Source: Nitrospira sp. (lineage in GTDB: Bacteria > Nitrospirota > Nitrospiria > SBBL01 > JAADHI01). From it: DNA of 59,935 nt. Below are positions 19,378-29,952 of this stretch, piece after piece. Each line of letters begins with the position of its first letter. Position 1 is the first letter of the stretch. The notes beneath the pieces were generated by a model. That model did not search any database. It saw nothing but the letters and a program-made list of their open reading frames with translations, and was not told the origin of the DNA. The stretch lies in NCBI GenBank assembly GCA_027020665.1, contig JALUVJ010000046.1, positions 1 to 59,935 of the forward strand, given 5' to 3'. The position numbers and the translations under genes are program-made.

Positions 19378-19420
19378 ATCCCCACCTTCTTTTGTCATTA
19401 GAAGCTGGGGATTTTTTTGT
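19378..19420 (+). terminator. Riboswitch expression-platform terminator
   Basis: ATCCCCACCTTCT-loop-AGAAGCTGGGGAT followed by a T-run, between the aptamer and the btuB start. Confidence 0.7.
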
Positions 19421-19461
19421 TTTATGGTTGGAAGATTACTTAAAAAGGACAGAGATATTTT

Positions 19462-21342
19462 ATGGATACACGGTTTAGATTTAAGTTCGGGTTATTACTT
19501 TTTTCGTTTGGTGCCACTCTTATCAATTCAGGTGTCTCTAAAGCGGAGACTCCCGCAGATTTAGAACCACTCATGCTTCCCCCTGTCATTGTGACCGCAA
19601 CAAAAATAGAAATCCCACGCCATGAAAATGCGGCTTCCGCAACAGTCATTGATGCAAAAACCATTGAGGAAAAACAGTTAAGAACCGTTGTGGATGCTCT
19701 GAGAAGCGTTCCGGGTCTCGATATTGTGCAGACGGGCGGTCCAGGAGGGACGGCCTCCGCTCAGATTCGAGGCGGGAATTCAGCGCACACTTTGGTTTTG
19801 ATTGATGGTGTGCAAGTAAACAGTCCGACACTTGGCCAATACAATTTTGCCAATTTAACGACGGACAATATTGAACGCATCGAAGTCATCCGAGGCCCCC
19901 AAAGCACGCTTTATGGCGCGGACGCAGTGGGCGGGGTCATCCAAATTTTTACAAAAACGGGAAAAGGGCCGCTCTCAGGAAGCTTCTTAGTGGAAGGGGG
20001 TTCTTTTGATAGTTACCGAAAAAGCCTAAATTTAATGGGTGCGAGCGAGCAAATTGACTACAGCTTTTCCGCTTCCCGTTTTGATACCGACGGTTTTTCA
20101 AAAGCCGAAGCGGGCTCGGAACGAGATGGATATGAAAATACTTCGCTTTCTTCAAGAATCGGTCTTCATTTGACGGAAACGGCTTTGCTGGATTGGAGCA
20201 TGCGTTTTAGTGACGCAAAAGCCGATTTGGACGAGTCTTTTCCAATCGGGGACAATGTTGCAGTCCAGGAAAACGTGGCCTTTTCGAGTGCGTTGAGTTT
20301 TTCGTCTCAACTACTGGATACATGGAAACAAAAGCTCCAATTTTCCTACCAACAAGAGGATAGCTCAGGAAAAGATGTGGCCGATCTGACAAATTTCAAC
20401 AATTTCAAAATCGAGACACAAGGCCAACAATTTGACTGGCAACACGACCTTAGCTTCGGACAATACAACCAATTGAGTGTGGGTTATGAATACGAAGAGC
20501 TCGAAGGGAAGAATAAGAGTACGCCCGGTTTTGACAAAACCTTGCGGAACAACGCGGGTTATGTCTTGAATCAGTTGCGTTTGGCTCCGGTGATCTTCAA
20601 TGCCGGCCTTCGTTATGACGATAGTAGCCAATTTGGGGACAAAACAACCTACAAAGCCGAACTGGCTTATTTGCATGACGCAACAAACAGCAAAATAAGG
20701 TCCGCCTATGGGACTGGATTCCGTGCGCCCACTTTAAACGACCTCTACTTCCCCAATTTTGGGAATCCGAACCTTAAACCAGAAGAGAGTCAGAGTTTTG
20801 AGTTTGGCCTTGAGCAAAAACTCATGGGCGATGCAGTTCACTTCACTGCGACCTATTTTCACACACATGTCGATGAGCTTATTATTTTTGTGATCACTGA
20901 TTTTGTTAATTTTACTGGTCAGCCAGAAAACGTGCAAAAGGCAAAAATAGAGGGATGGGAATTAGGCACAACCTGGACAATTTCAAAGAAGGTTTCTCTC
21001 GCACTCGATTACACGCGCACAGACACCCAAAACAAGAGTACCGGAGCGAAGCTTTCAAGGCGTCCAAAACACAAAGCCAGCGGAACGCTCACCTTGAAAC
21101 CCATTGAGGCACTCTCAGTCAGCCTTGATTTTCGTTATGTTGGAAAACGATTTAATGATACCGCCAACAATATTCGTATGAATGATTACACCGTGGTCAA
21201 TTTAGCCAGCGCATATGATATCACAAAAACCGTACAGGTTTTTGGGCGGATCGAAAACCTGCTGAATCGCGATTATCAAGAGGTCAATGGTTTTGCCACG
21301 GCAGGTTTTTCAGCTTACGGAGGATTCCAGGTTTCATTCTAA
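19462..21342 (+). CDS. btuB: TonB-dependent cobalamin receptor
   Basis: VIVTATK TonB box region, plug (TLVLIDGV; IERIEVIRGPQSTLYG), C-terminal F; under a B12 riboswitch. Confidence 0.85.
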   Translation: MDTRFRFKFGLLLFSFGATLINSGVSKAETPADLEPLMLPPVIVTATKIEIPRHENAASATVIDAKTIEEKQLRTVVDALRSVPGLDIVQTGGPGGTASAQIRGGNSAHTLVLIDGVQVNSPTLGQYNFANLTTDNIERIEVIRGPQSTLYGADAVGGVIQIFTKTGKGPLSGSFLVEGGSFDSYRKSLNLMGASEQIDYSFSASRFDTDGFSKAEAGSERDGYENTSLSSRIGLHLTETALLDWSMRFSDAKADLDESFPIGDNVAVQENVAFSSALSFSSQLLDTWKQKLQFSYQQEDSSGKDVADLTNFNNFKIETQGQQFDWQHDLSFGQYNQLSVGYEYEELEGKNKSTPGFDKTLRNNAGYVLNQLRLAPVIFNAGLRYDDSSQFGDKTTYKAELAYLHDATNSKIRSAYGTGFRAPTLNDLYFPNFGNPNLKPEESQSFEFGLEQKLMGDAVHFTATYFHTHVDELIIFVITDFVNFTGQPENVQKAKIEGWELGTTWTISKKVSLALDYTRTDTQNKSTGAKLSRRPKHKASGTLTLKPIEALSVSLDFRYVGKRFNDTANNIRMNDYTVVNLASAYDITKTVQVFGRIENLLNRDYQEVNGFATAGFSAYGGFQVSF

Positions 21343-21345
21343 ACC

Positions 21346-22305
21346 ATGAACCCCACTCTGCTCACCAGCGCGTTTGCACTTGATTTGTTGATGGGGGATC
21401 CCTTGTGGCTCCCCCATCCGGTACGGCTGATGGGTCGTGGTATTGCGGCGCTTGAAATTACGCTGCGGCGTTGCATTGCTCCCCGCACAGGAGAAAAGTT
21501 CGCGGGATGTGTGTTGATGTTTACGGTCGTCGCGGTCGCTTTTGCCTGCACAGCCTCGGTCATTGCCATCGGGAGATGGGTCCATCCGAGTTTGGGAGGG
21601 ATATTGACTATTTATTTTTCTTATACAGCGCTTGCGACAAAGTCACTTGCTTCAGCGGCGAAAGGCATCCGGGAAGCCTTAAAAAATGCGGCACTCCCGC
21701 TGGCCCGAAAGCGCCTGTCTCAGATTGTTTCGCGGGAAACGGACACACTTTCTGACAAAGCCGTCATACGCGTAACGGTTGAAACCGTCGCTGAAAATAC
21801 TTCGGACGGCATTGTCGCCCCGTTTTTCTATCTGGCCCTCGGCGGCCCGGCGCTTGCGATGGCTTACAAGGCGATCAACACCCTGGATTCAATGGTGGGT
21901 TATCAAAGCAAACGGTATCACCATTTCGGCTGGGCCTCCGCAAAGTGTGATGATTTTGCGAATTATCTGCCTGCCCGGATTACGGGTTTTTTGATGTGCT
22001 TCGCGGCGGTTTTTCTAAAGCGTCGCGGGGCGATAGCCTTCAAAATCATGCGCCGCGACGGGCAAAAGCACGACAGCCCCAACGCAGGGATTCCCGAAGC
22101 CGCCACCGCCGGGGCGCTCGGCATTCAACTCGGTGGCCCCAGTCTTTACGGGGGGATTTTGAAAGAAAAACCCTGGTTGGGCGAGGCCGAAGAAAAACCC
22201 GTCATTACCCATATTCAAGACAGCATTTGTTTGATGCGCGGCACTGCGATCCTCATGTGGTTTTCTGCGGTTTTAGTGTTGATTCTTGTGGGGCAACTCG
22301 GATGA
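21346..22305 (+). CDS. cbiB: Adenosylcobinamide-phosphate synthase CbiB
   Basis: GDP..PHPV, ETVAENTSDG, YKAINTLDSMVGY and SPNAG motifs. Confidence 0.95.
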   Translation: MNPTLLTSAFALDLLMGDPLWLPHPVRLMGRGIAALEITLRRCIAPRTGEKFAGCVLMFTVVAVAFACTASVIAIGRWVHPSLGGILTIYFSYTALATKSLASAAKGIREALKNAALPLARKRLSQIVSRETDTLSDKAVIRVTVETVAENTSDGIVAPFFYLALGGPALAMAYKAINTLDSMVGYQSKRYHHFGWASAKCDDFANYLPARITGFLMCFAAVFLKRRGAIAFKIMRRDGQKHDSPNAGIPEAATAGALGIQLGGPSLYGGILKEKPWLGEAEEKPVITHIQDSICLMRGTAILMWFSAVLVLILVGQLG

Positions 22306-23558
22306 ATGCTTTTATCATCGCAGGCACGCACAGCGGTGTGGGGAAAACAACGGTTTCAATCGGCCTTATGGCCGAATTAAGACGACAGGGCCTCGTCGTG
22401 CAGGCCTTCAAAGTCGGGCCGGATTACATTGACCCCGGATATCACCGTCTGGCCACTGATCGTCCCTCTCGAAATCTGGATACCTGGTTGTGCAGCAAAA
22501 CTGCCGTTAAAAAGAGTTTTGCCCGTGCGGCCGCAGAGATGAACGTCGTCGAGGGCGTCATGGGTTTGTTTGATGGTGCCAAAGGCGGAAAGGGCAGCAC
22601 GGCCGAAATTGCAGCACTGCTGGCTTTGCCTGTGATTCTTGTGGTGGATGCTAAGGGCATGGCGCAATCGGCGGGGGCATTGGTGCAGGGTTATGCAGAT
22701 TATCAGAAGAAAACACACATCGCCGGGGTCATCTTCAATCGTGTGGCCTCAGTGGGGCATTACGACTATTTAAAAAAAGCCGTCAAAAGACCAAGCCTGG
22801 GTTGGATTGCAAAAAACAAAACCCTGAGTTTGCCCGAACGCCATTTGGGCTTAGTCCCTGCAAATGAACGGCGTCCCGATATCGAAAAAATCCGCCAAAC
22901 GGTTGTCGCACAACTGGATTTGAAAAAACTGCTGTCTCTTTCAAAGATCCCAAGACCCAAGGCCCCTGTGCTGCGTCTGAAAAAAAAACAGGCCCGCATC
23001 GCGTATGCCTTAGATACCGCCTTTCATTTTTATTATCAGGACAACCTCGATTTATTGGCCGCGGCGGGCGCGACCCTGCTGCCTTTTAGTCCACTTTCGG
23101 ATCAATCATTGCCGGAGGCAGACCTGCTTTATTTTGGAGGCGGTTTTCCCGAATGTTTCGAAAAACAATTACTTGAAAATAAACGCTTTTGTGAAGCCCT
23201 GCGCGCCTGGGACTTCCCCATTTATGCCGAATGTGGCGGCCTGTATTACCTGAGCCTCATTGGGAAAATCCCCGGCAAGATGCAGATGCGGGATCGTCTG
23301 CAACACTTTGGTTATACCGAAGCCATCGCCCAGGCCGATACCTGTCTGGTGCGCAAAGGGGAAAAGATCAAAGGCCACCTCTTTCATTATTCCCGCTGGG
23401 AGGGCTTGCCTAAATTATATGCCTTTGAAAAAAGGGGAAAATCCGTCGTAGAAGGTTATGCGGATACAAAAATCCATGCTTCTTTTTTGCACGTGCATTT
23501 TGCGTCGAAACCAAAACTGGCCCGCCGGTTGGTGCAAGCCGCCCGAGATGCCGGATAA
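22302..23558 (+). CDS. cbiA: Cobyrinate a,c-diamide synthase
   Basis: IAGTHSGVGKTT, FKVGPDYIDP, EGVMGLFDG, ERHLGL and AECGG motifs. ATG overlaps the cbiB stop; the ORF-track start at 21996 is too long. Confidence 0.93.
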   Translation: MNAFIIAGTHSGVGKTTVSIGLMAELRRQGLVVQAFKVGPDYIDPGYHRLATDRPSRNLDTWLCSKTAVKKSFARAAAEMNVVEGVMGLFDGAKGGKGSTAEIAALLALPVILVVDAKGMAQSAGALVQGYADYQKKTHIAGVIFNRVASVGHYDYLKKAVKRPSLGWIAKNKTLSLPERHLGLVPANERRPDIEKIRQTVVAQLDLKKLLSLSKIPRPKAPVLRLKKKQARIAYALDTAFHFYYQDNLDLLAAAGATLLPFSPLSDQSLPEADLLYFGGGFPECFEKQLLENKRFCEALRAWDFPIYAECGGLYYLSLIGKIPGKMQMRDRLQHFGYTEAIAQADTCLVRKGEKIKGHLFHYSRWEGLPKLYAFEKRGKSVVEGYADTKIHASFLHVHFASKPKLARRLVQAARDAG

Positions 23559-23567
23559 GGAGGCCGT

Positions 23568-24293
23568 ATGAAAAAAGCCGTTTTGCTCGTCGGTCATGGT
23601 AGTAAAGATCCCGAAGGCAATGCAGAATTTGAAGCCTTTGCGCAAGCAGCGGGCATGCGCTATTGCATGTTGGACTACGTGGAACCCTCGCTGCCGACGG
23701 CCCTAGCAAGCTTAGCCGCAGAAGGCATTACCGACCTTGCGGTTATTCCCTACTTTCTTTTTGCGGGCGGCCATGTCAAAAAAGACATTCCCGAAATTAT
23801 CAACACCGCCCGAAAACAATATCCCAAAATGGCGATTTATTTGGGCCGACACCTGGGTCTTGAAAACGCGCTGCTGGAAGTGTGTGCCGAGCGTTGCGGG
23901 GAGATAAAGGGCCGAAACGTGCTCTTGGTCGGGCGCGGCAGTTTACACGCCGAAGCCGTTGCGGATATGGCGGCTCAAACGGCTTGCCTGCGGACTTTTA
24001 CCGGGAACCCCGCCATTTATCATTGTTTTATCGCGCTTGCGCCCCCCGATTTACCGACGGGCATCAAAGCGCATCGTCTTGACGACAATACCCCGCCCAT
24101 TGTCGTGCCCTATTTTTTATTCACCGGTATTTTAGTCAAGCGCATCCTGCGTATCGCGCAGGATGCGGGCTGTGAAGTGCGTCCGCATTTGGGCAGGGAC
24201 GCGCGATTGATTCACTTACTTCATCAACGCGAAACAGAAATCTGGCAGAAAACACAACTAATGGGAGGGAGCCGATCATGCAAGCCATTTTAA
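23568..24293 (+). CDS. cbiX: Sirohydrochlorin cobaltochelatase, CbiX family (two-domain)
   Basis: LLVGHGS and PYFLFAGGHVKKDIP; second domain LVGRGS / PYFLFTG. Confidence 0.88.
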   Translation: MKKAVLLVGHGSKDPEGNAEFEAFAQAAGMRYCMLDYVEPSLPTALASLAAEGITDLAVIPYFLFAGGHVKKDIPEIINTARKQYPKMAIYLGRHLGLENALLEVCAERCGEIKGRNVLLVGRGSLHAEAVADMAAQTACLRTFTGNPAIYHCFIALAPPDLPTGIKAHRLDDNTPPIVVPYFLFTGILVKRILRIAQDAGCEVRPHLGRDARLIHLLHQRETEIWQKTQLMGGSRSCKPF

Positions 24294-24898
24294 ATCCGCA
24301 AGCCATTGAAACAGAGTCATTCCGAATGATCGAAGACGAGCTCGGCCCGCATTCATTTTCACCCGAACACTTTGCCATCGTCCGTCGGGCCATCCACGCC
24401 ACGGCCGATTTTGATTTTGCAAAAACCATTCGCATTTATCCGGGGGCGATTGCTGCGGGTGTTGCGGCGATTCGCCGTGGCGCACCCATCATCGCCGACG
24501 TGCAAATGATTCAGGCGGGCATCAATAAAAAAGGACTTCTGCCCTTTGGAAACGAAGTGTTTTGTTTTATCGGAGAGGAAGCCGTCGCAAAAAAGGCGCT
24601 TTCTCTTGGGGTGACACGGGCCATTGTCTCGATGCGGAAGGCATCGACCTATTACCCCGGTGCCATTTATGTCATCGGAAACGCCCCCACGGCGCTGCTG
24701 GAATTGATCCGTCTTTCGGAGACCGCCCGGCCCGCACTCGTTGTGGGGGTGCCTGTGGGTTTTGTCTCCGCCGTCGAATCGAAGGATCAACTGGCGGCAA
24801 CAAAGTTGCCCTACATCACCGCCCTGGGCCGAAAAGGGGGCACACCCGTTGCGGTTTCAATGATGAATGCCCTGATTAAACTCGCGGCAGAGGCCTAA
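24278..24898 (+). CDS. cbiC: Cobalt-precorrin-8 methylmutase
   Basis: IETESF, RRAIHATADF, IGNAPTAL, GVPVGFV and GRKGGT motifs. Confidence 0.95.
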   Translation: MQAILNPQAIETESFRMIEDELGPHSFSPEHFAIVRRAIHATADFDFAKTIRIYPGAIAAGVAAIRRGAPIIADVQMIQAGINKKGLLPFGNEVFCFIGEEAVAKKALSLGVTRAIVSMRKASTYYPGAIYVIGNAPTALLELIRLSETARPALVVGVPVGFVSAVESKDQLAATKLPYITALGRKGGTPVAVSMMNALIKLAAEA

Positions 24899-24902
24899 GG
24901 CA

Positions 24903-25220
24903 ATGAAACCCTATAAATGGCACATGTTAATTTGCACGGGTTCCCGCTGCACCGAAGACGGGGAGGCCGAAACGCTTTTTAAAAGCCTTGGAGAAAAGCT
25001 CAAAGCACGCGGTTTGGCGGACGGCGCGCAACGTGTGAAACGCACACGCTGTCGCTGTTTTGCGATTTGCACAGAAGGTCCGATTGTGACCATTCACCCC
25101 GATGGCACCTGGTACAACCGCGTGACGCCAGAGGTGCTGGATGAAATATTGGATCAGCATCTCAAAGGCGGTGAGGTGCTCAAAGCACATGTTTATCATC
25201 AGGCAGAGCGGCTTGATTGA
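24903..25220 (+). CDS. Thioredoxin-like [2Fe-2S] ferredoxin (CbiW-like)
   Basis: HMLICTGSRC...CRCFAICTEGP..HPDGTWY motif. Confidence 0.85.
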   Translation: MKPYKWHMLICTGSRCTEDGEAETLFKSLGEKLKARGLADGAQRVKRTRCRCFAICTEGPIVTIHPDGTWYNRVTPEVLDEILDQHLKGGEVLKAHVYHQAERLD

Positions 25221-25292
25221 GGAAATTTCGTTACAACAGAAAAAGGAGGTACAACACAAAAGAACGCACACGATCTATTTAGAGTCCATCCA

Positions 25293-25439
25293 TGCAGCGA
25301 TTCCGGGAAGGCGGTTAAAAACCGCCACTGCCCCGCAACTGTAATCGGGGACGACCTCTGCACGATGCCACTGTCCGAAGGGGATGGGAAGGCGCAGAAA
25401 AGTCGCATGATCCGAAAGTCAGGAGACCGGGCGCTTGCA
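25293..25439 (+). ncRNA. Cobalamin riboswitch 2 (intra-operon)
   Basis: CGGGAAGGCGGTTAAAAACCGCCACTGCCCCGCAACTGTAA...GCCACTG...GGGAAGGC...AAGTCAGGAGACCGG. Confidence 0.88.
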
Positions 25440-25485
25440 CAACTCACTCACATTTCCCGAGGGGGAAAGAAGGAGCACAGCTTCG

Positions 25486-27573
25486 ATGAAAAGGCTATGT
25501 CGTGTTTTATTATTGCTATTGTTTATTTCCGTCCCGTCTTTTGCCGCTGAAAGCAGATCACAATCTCAAGCCAAAGAGGAAAACAAAATAGAAACATTGA
25601 AAAAAAAGAAAGCCTTATCCGGGGTCATGGTCTTGCCGAAAATGGCGGTTACCGCAACCCGCAGCAAGGAGGATGTCAAAAAAATCCCGGCCAAGATTGA
25701 GGTGATCGACCGTCAGGACGTGGCCTTAACCGTCGGGGAAACACTCACCGAGCAGCTGAAAAAAAATAGCGCAATCAATGTCATTGAATATCCGGGCGCT
25801 TTGGCCGGTATCGGCATTCGCGGTTTTCGGCCGGAATTTTCCGGCATCACAAAACATTCCCTCATTCTCATCAATGGCCGCCCGGCGGGGGCCACGAATT
25901 TGGCCACGATTCTTTCGGACAATATGGAACGCATCGAAGTCCTGAAGGGGCCGGCTTCGTCACTCTACGGTGGAGAGGCGATGGGCGGTGTGGTGAATAT
26001 CATTACCCGGAAAAATACGGGCGCGCTCACCGGGATGGCGGAGGTCGGTTACGGCTCCTTTGCGACATATTTTCTTAAGACGGCCTTAGGCGGTGAGATG
26101 GGCAAAGGTTTTGACTTTGACCTCTCTGCCCGCCGTTTCGAGCAGGGCGATGATTTTAAGATGGGGAATGGCCGGAAACGGGCCAATACCGCTTATAAAA
26201 CACGAAACGGCAGTCTCCGTATTGGCCGTGATTTGGGGGAAAGCTGGCGACTTGATATGAGCGGCGACCTTTACCAGGGACGTGAGATTGAAACCCCCGG
26301 CGATCTCTTTGATGGAGATACCAAATCGGGGCGCAAGGATATTGACCGTTACGGCTTGGATTTCAACATCGCGGGTGCGCTGAGCGCGGACAACACACTG
26401 TCACTGACGGTCTACAAAACCAAGGAAAGCTCCGAGTCCTACCGAAATTTTACCGGTTTTACAAACCCCGTGCAGGTTGCCCCCTATCAGAGTTTTGATT
26501 CGGAGATTGATTGGCTGGGTTTTCAAGTCAAAGATGAACACAGCTGGGCCGGACATCGTTTCATTGTTGGGATTGATTATCAGGATATTAACAAAAAGAG
26601 CCGGAGTTATAACCAGGATGGGAGCCGAAAAGCGCCCTTTTCACCCGATGAGGGCCGCGAGAATTGGGCGGGTTACCTGGAGACCATCGGGACTTTTTTA
26701 AATAATCGACTGACAAGCACCTTAGGCGCGCGTTACGACACCTTCAAGGTGGAAACAAAAGCAACCCCCTTTAAAACGGACTTTCGAGCCAATGCCGAAC
26801 GCTTTTCCACCTTCAGCCCTCGGGCTGGACTCAGTTTCAATGTGGGTCAAGGCATCCGCCTTCATAGCACAGTGGGCAAGGCTTTTGTCCCACCCGGCGC
26901 CGCCCAGCTTGCAGGCTACGCCGAGCGGGTGGTCTCAGGCGTCACGATGATTACCCGGGGCAACGCAGATCTCGACCCGGAGTTCTCCTTGAGTTTTGAC
27001 CTGGGGATTGCTTACGATCGGCCTCAATTGGGGCTTTCGATGGATTTAAGCTATTTCCACACGGATGTGGATGATCGCATCAGCAGGGTGACAAACGGCA
27101 ATACCACGACCTTTGAAAACAGCCTTGGCGCGGTCATGGAAGGTTTGGAAAGCGACCTTTCTTTTGATGTGGGTGCGCCCCTGGAATGGGAGCGTTCTGT
27201 GTCACTCTTTGTCAATGCAACCTACATGTTAAAAGCGGAAGAGGAGGTGGCCGGCGGTGCAAAAAGGGATATTCAAAACGTTGCCGAATACATCCTGAAC
27301 TACGGCCTTCAGTACGATGATGGCCGGTTTGACGGTAAGCTGCACTTTCGCAGCCGGGGCAGAATGAAGGACACCGAATGGAATACGGCGGGTTTTCCCG
27401 AGACGGAATACCCGGCCTTTACGGTCGTGGATCTGGTGCTCCGCACGGCTTTTTTTGAAAAAAACCGGCTCACGCTGAAAATCGACAACCTCTTTGACAA
27501 GGACTATTTCGAAAAGAAGGGCTTTCCCAAACCGGGCCGTGCGGTGTATGCCGGTTATGATTATCAGTTCTAA
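25486..27573 (+). CDS. Second TonB-dependent receptor (corrinoid or metal chelate)
   Basis: Signal peptide, AVTATR, ERIEVLKGPASSLYG plug, C-terminal F; AAGGAG SD before ATG 25486. Confidence 0.88.
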   Translation: MKRLCRVLLLLLFISVPSFAAESRSQSQAKEENKIETLKKKKALSGVMVLPKMAVTATRSKEDVKKIPAKIEVIDRQDVALTVGETLTEQLKKNSAINVIEYPGALAGIGIRGFRPEFSGITKHSLILINGRPAGATNLATILSDNMERIEVLKGPASSLYGGEAMGGVVNIITRKNTGALTGMAEVGYGSFATYFLKTALGGEMGKGFDFDLSARRFEQGDDFKMGNGRKRANTAYKTRNGSLRIGRDLGESWRLDMSGDLYQGREIETPGDLFDGDTKSGRKDIDRYGLDFNIAGALSADNTLSLTVYKTKESSESYRNFTGFTNPVQVAPYQSFDSEIDWLGFQVKDEHSWAGHRFIVGIDYQDINKKSRSYNQDGSRKAPFSPDEGRENWAGYLETIGTFLNNRLTSTLGARYDTFKVETKATPFKTDFRANAERFSTFSPRAGLSFNVGQGIRLHSTVGKAFVPPGAAQLAGYAERVVSGVTMITRGNADLDPEFSLSFDLGIAYDRPQLGLSMDLSYFHTDVDDRISRVTNGNTTTFENSLGAVMEGLESDLSFDVGAPLEWERSVSLFVNATYMLKAEEEVAGGAKRDIQNVAEYILNYGLQYDDGRFDGKLHFRSRGRMKDTEWNTAGFPETEYPAFTVVDLVLRTAFFEKNRLTLKIDNLFDKDYFEKKGFPKPGRAVYAGYDYQF

Positions 27574-27586
27574 ACAAAGGAGAACA

Positions 27587-28855
27587 ATGATGGGGGCAGA
27601 AATCATCAAGGAGAGAGACGGCGCAAGGCCCGAAGGCTTTTCGGTTCATCCGGACACGTCCGTTTCAAGGCTGATGTTTCGGCGGAATCTTTTCGGGTCT
27701 TTGCTGGCCTTGGCCTTTCTCCTTTCCGCGCACGGCGCTCAGGGTGAAGAGGTGCAAACAAGCGAAGGCTGTGTTTCAAACTACGATCAAAACAAGGATT
27801 ATTTCCCGGACAAGCTCAAGGTGGATCATGCCGAAGGTTTCGAGGTGAGCTATCACAAACACTATAAGCGGGTAAAAGTTGCCGCACCCTGGAAGGAAGG
27901 CGGGGAAAGTTTTGAGTACGTCCTGGTGCAATGCGGCACACCGGCGCCGAAAGGTTTTGAGCAGGCCCAGATTGTCACTGTTCCCGCAAAGACCCTGATT
28001 GTTTTATCCACCACCTATTTTTATTTTGTCGAAGGACTCGGCCTCCTGGACCGCTTGATCGGCATCGCCAATTTTAAACGGGTCAATTCCCCTGCGATTT
28101 TAAAACTGATCGCCCGGAAAAAAATCGCGGAAGTGGGGCGCAATGTCGATCTCAATCTGGAATACACCGCCCGTTTAAATCCGGACATCGTCATGACCTA
28201 CGGTACGGGAAATCCCTATCGCGACAGCTACGGGCCCCTGATGCAATTCGGGATACGCGTGGGTGTTTTTGCCGAATACATGGAACCCACGCCCTTGGGC
28301 CGCGCGGAGTGGATCAAATTCATGGCGCTTTTTTTCAACCGGGAAAAAAAGGCGGCTTTGCTCTTTGACAACATTGCAAGGCAGTACGAAGCCGTGAAAC
28401 AAGGGACAAAAAAGGTCGCAACGCGCCCCACGGTGTTTACCGGAAAAAGCATCGACGGCACCTGGTACATGTCCGGCGGCAACAGTTATATGGCGGCTTT
28501 TTTGAAAGACGCCGGGGCGCATTTTCTTTGGTCGGACAACACGTCCCGAAGAAGCCTGCATCTGGATTTCGAGTCTGTTTTAAAAAAAGCGGCCGATGCG
28601 GACTATTGGCTCAATACCGGTTTGTGGAAGAGCTTGGCGGAGGGCCGCGCCGAGGATGCGCGCTATGCCTTTTTTGCCGCCTTTAAAGCGGGAAGGATTT
28701 ATAACAACAATGCCCTTTTAAATTCCGAAGGGGGAAACGATTATTGGGAAAGGGGCATCGTCAACCCCCATTTGGTCCTGGCCGACATGATCAAAATCTT
28801 TCACCCGGAATTGTTGCCCGATCACAAGCTGGAGTGGTACCGGCCCTTGGAATGA
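27587..28855 (+). CDS. ABC transporter substrate-binding protein (cobalamin/iron-chelate type)
   Basis: EPTPLGRAEWIKF and GGNDYWERG..PHLVLAD motifs; AAGGAG SD. Confidence 0.85.
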   Translation: MMGAEIIKERDGARPEGFSVHPDTSVSRLMFRRNLFGSLLALAFLLSAHGAQGEEVQTSEGCVSNYDQNKDYFPDKLKVDHAEGFEVSYHKHYKRVKVAAPWKEGGESFEYVLVQCGTPAPKGFEQAQIVTVPAKTLIVLSTTYFYFVEGLGLLDRLIGIANFKRVNSPAILKLIARKKIAEVGRNVDLNLEYTARLNPDIVMTYGTGNPYRDSYGPLMQFGIRVGVFAEYMEPTPLGRAEWIKFMALFFNREKKAALLFDNIARQYEAVKQGTKKVATRPTVFTGKSIDGTWYMSGGNSYMAAFLKDAGAHFLWSDNTSRRSLHLDFESVLKKAADADYWLNTGLWKSLAEGRAEDARYAFFAAFKAGRIYNNNALLNSEGGNDYWERGIVNPHLVLADMIKIFHPELLPDHKLEWYRPLE

Positions 28856-29952
28856 AGGGGAGGGCGAGACGCAGCATTATGGCAAAACCGTTCAATATCG
28901 CGCACTGTTTTATCTCCGGCCGGAACCGGCCCTCCCGGGCCGTGTTATGGGGAATGCTCTCGTTCATGCTGATTTTCCTGTTTCTTTTGGCGCTGAGTGT
29001 GGGCTCGGTTTCCATCCCGCTGGAAACCACCCTCGACATTTTGATGCACAAGGGCGAAGACCTTGTTTTGCACCGCATCATCTGGGACTTGCGTTTTCCA
29101 AAAATTTTTACCGCGCTGCTGGCGGGCGCGGCATTGTCCGTCAGCGGGCTTCAGATGCAAACCTTGTTTCGCAATGCCCTGGCAGGGCCCTTTGTGCTGG
29201 GCATCAATGCCGGGGCCGGTCTGGGCGTCGCCCTGGTAGTGCTGGGTACCGGCGCAGGCATCACGCTGATGGGGAATGCGGGCCTGATCGCGCAGCTGAG
29301 CTTGTTTCTGGCATCCATCCTCGGCGCCGCATCGGTTTTAATCGTCGTGCTCTCCCTCTCTCAACGGGTGCAAAACAATGTAACCTTGCTGATTGTCGGC
29401 CTCATCTTCGGCATGATGGTCAATAGCCTGGTCAGCGTGCTCATCTATTTCAGCGAGCCGGAAGAAATCCAGTCTTATTTGATCTGGACCTTCGGCAGCT
29501 TCAGGGGCGTCACCTGGGATAAGCTTGCGGTTTTAGCCCCGGCGATTTTGAGCGGTTTAATGATCGCGCTGACGACCGTCAAACCGCTGAATGCGCTGTT
29601 GCTGGGGGAAACCTATGCCCGAAGCATGGGGCTTTCTCTAAAAAGCGCACGCCGCCTCATCATCATGAGCACCGCCATTTTGGCGGGCAGCGTCACGGCG
29701 TTTTGCGGCCCGATCGGCTTTCTGGGCATTGCCGTGCCCCATCTCTGCCGGGGACTGTTCAGGACATCGGATCATCGCGTGCTCTTTCCCGCCGTGCTCC
29801 TGATCGGCGCGGCCCTGGCCCTGATTTCCGAAATCGCGGCGCAGCTTCCTGGCACACAACAGACCCTGCCCTTAAATGCCATTACCGCGCTTTTGGGCGG
29901 GCCGGTCATTCTCTGGGTTATTTTGAAACGTCGCATCGCGGTAAACGCATGA
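28852..29952 (+). CDS. FecCD/BtuC-family ABC permease
   Basis: QTLFRNALAGP, LLGETYARSMG and FCGPIGFLGIAVPH motifs. Start could alternatively be 28879. Confidence 0.9.
   Translation: MKGRARRSIMAKPFNIAHCFISGRNRPSRAVLWGMLSFMLIFLFLLALSVGSVSIPLETTLDILMHKGEDLVLHRIIWDLRFPKIFTALLAGAALSVSGLQMQTLFRNALAGPFVLGINAGAGLGVALVVLGTGAGITLMGNAGLIAQLSLFLASILGAASVLIVVLSLSQRVQNNVTLLIVGLIFGMMVNSLVSVLIYFSEPEEIQSYLIWTFGSFRGVTWDKLAVLAPAILSGLMIALTTVKPLNALLLGETYARSMGLSLKSARRLIIMSTAILAGSVTAFCGPIGFLGIAVPHLCRGLFRTSDHRVLFPAVLLIGAALALISEIAAQLPGTQQTLPLNAITALLGGPVILWVILKRRIAVNA

Noticed and set aside
21996-22301. ORF-track N-terminal extensions of cbiA (also tusA, the BtuD-like ATPase, cobD, cobT, SLC13)
   Set aside because: They overlap upstream genes or lack family similarity; family motifs begin at later starts.
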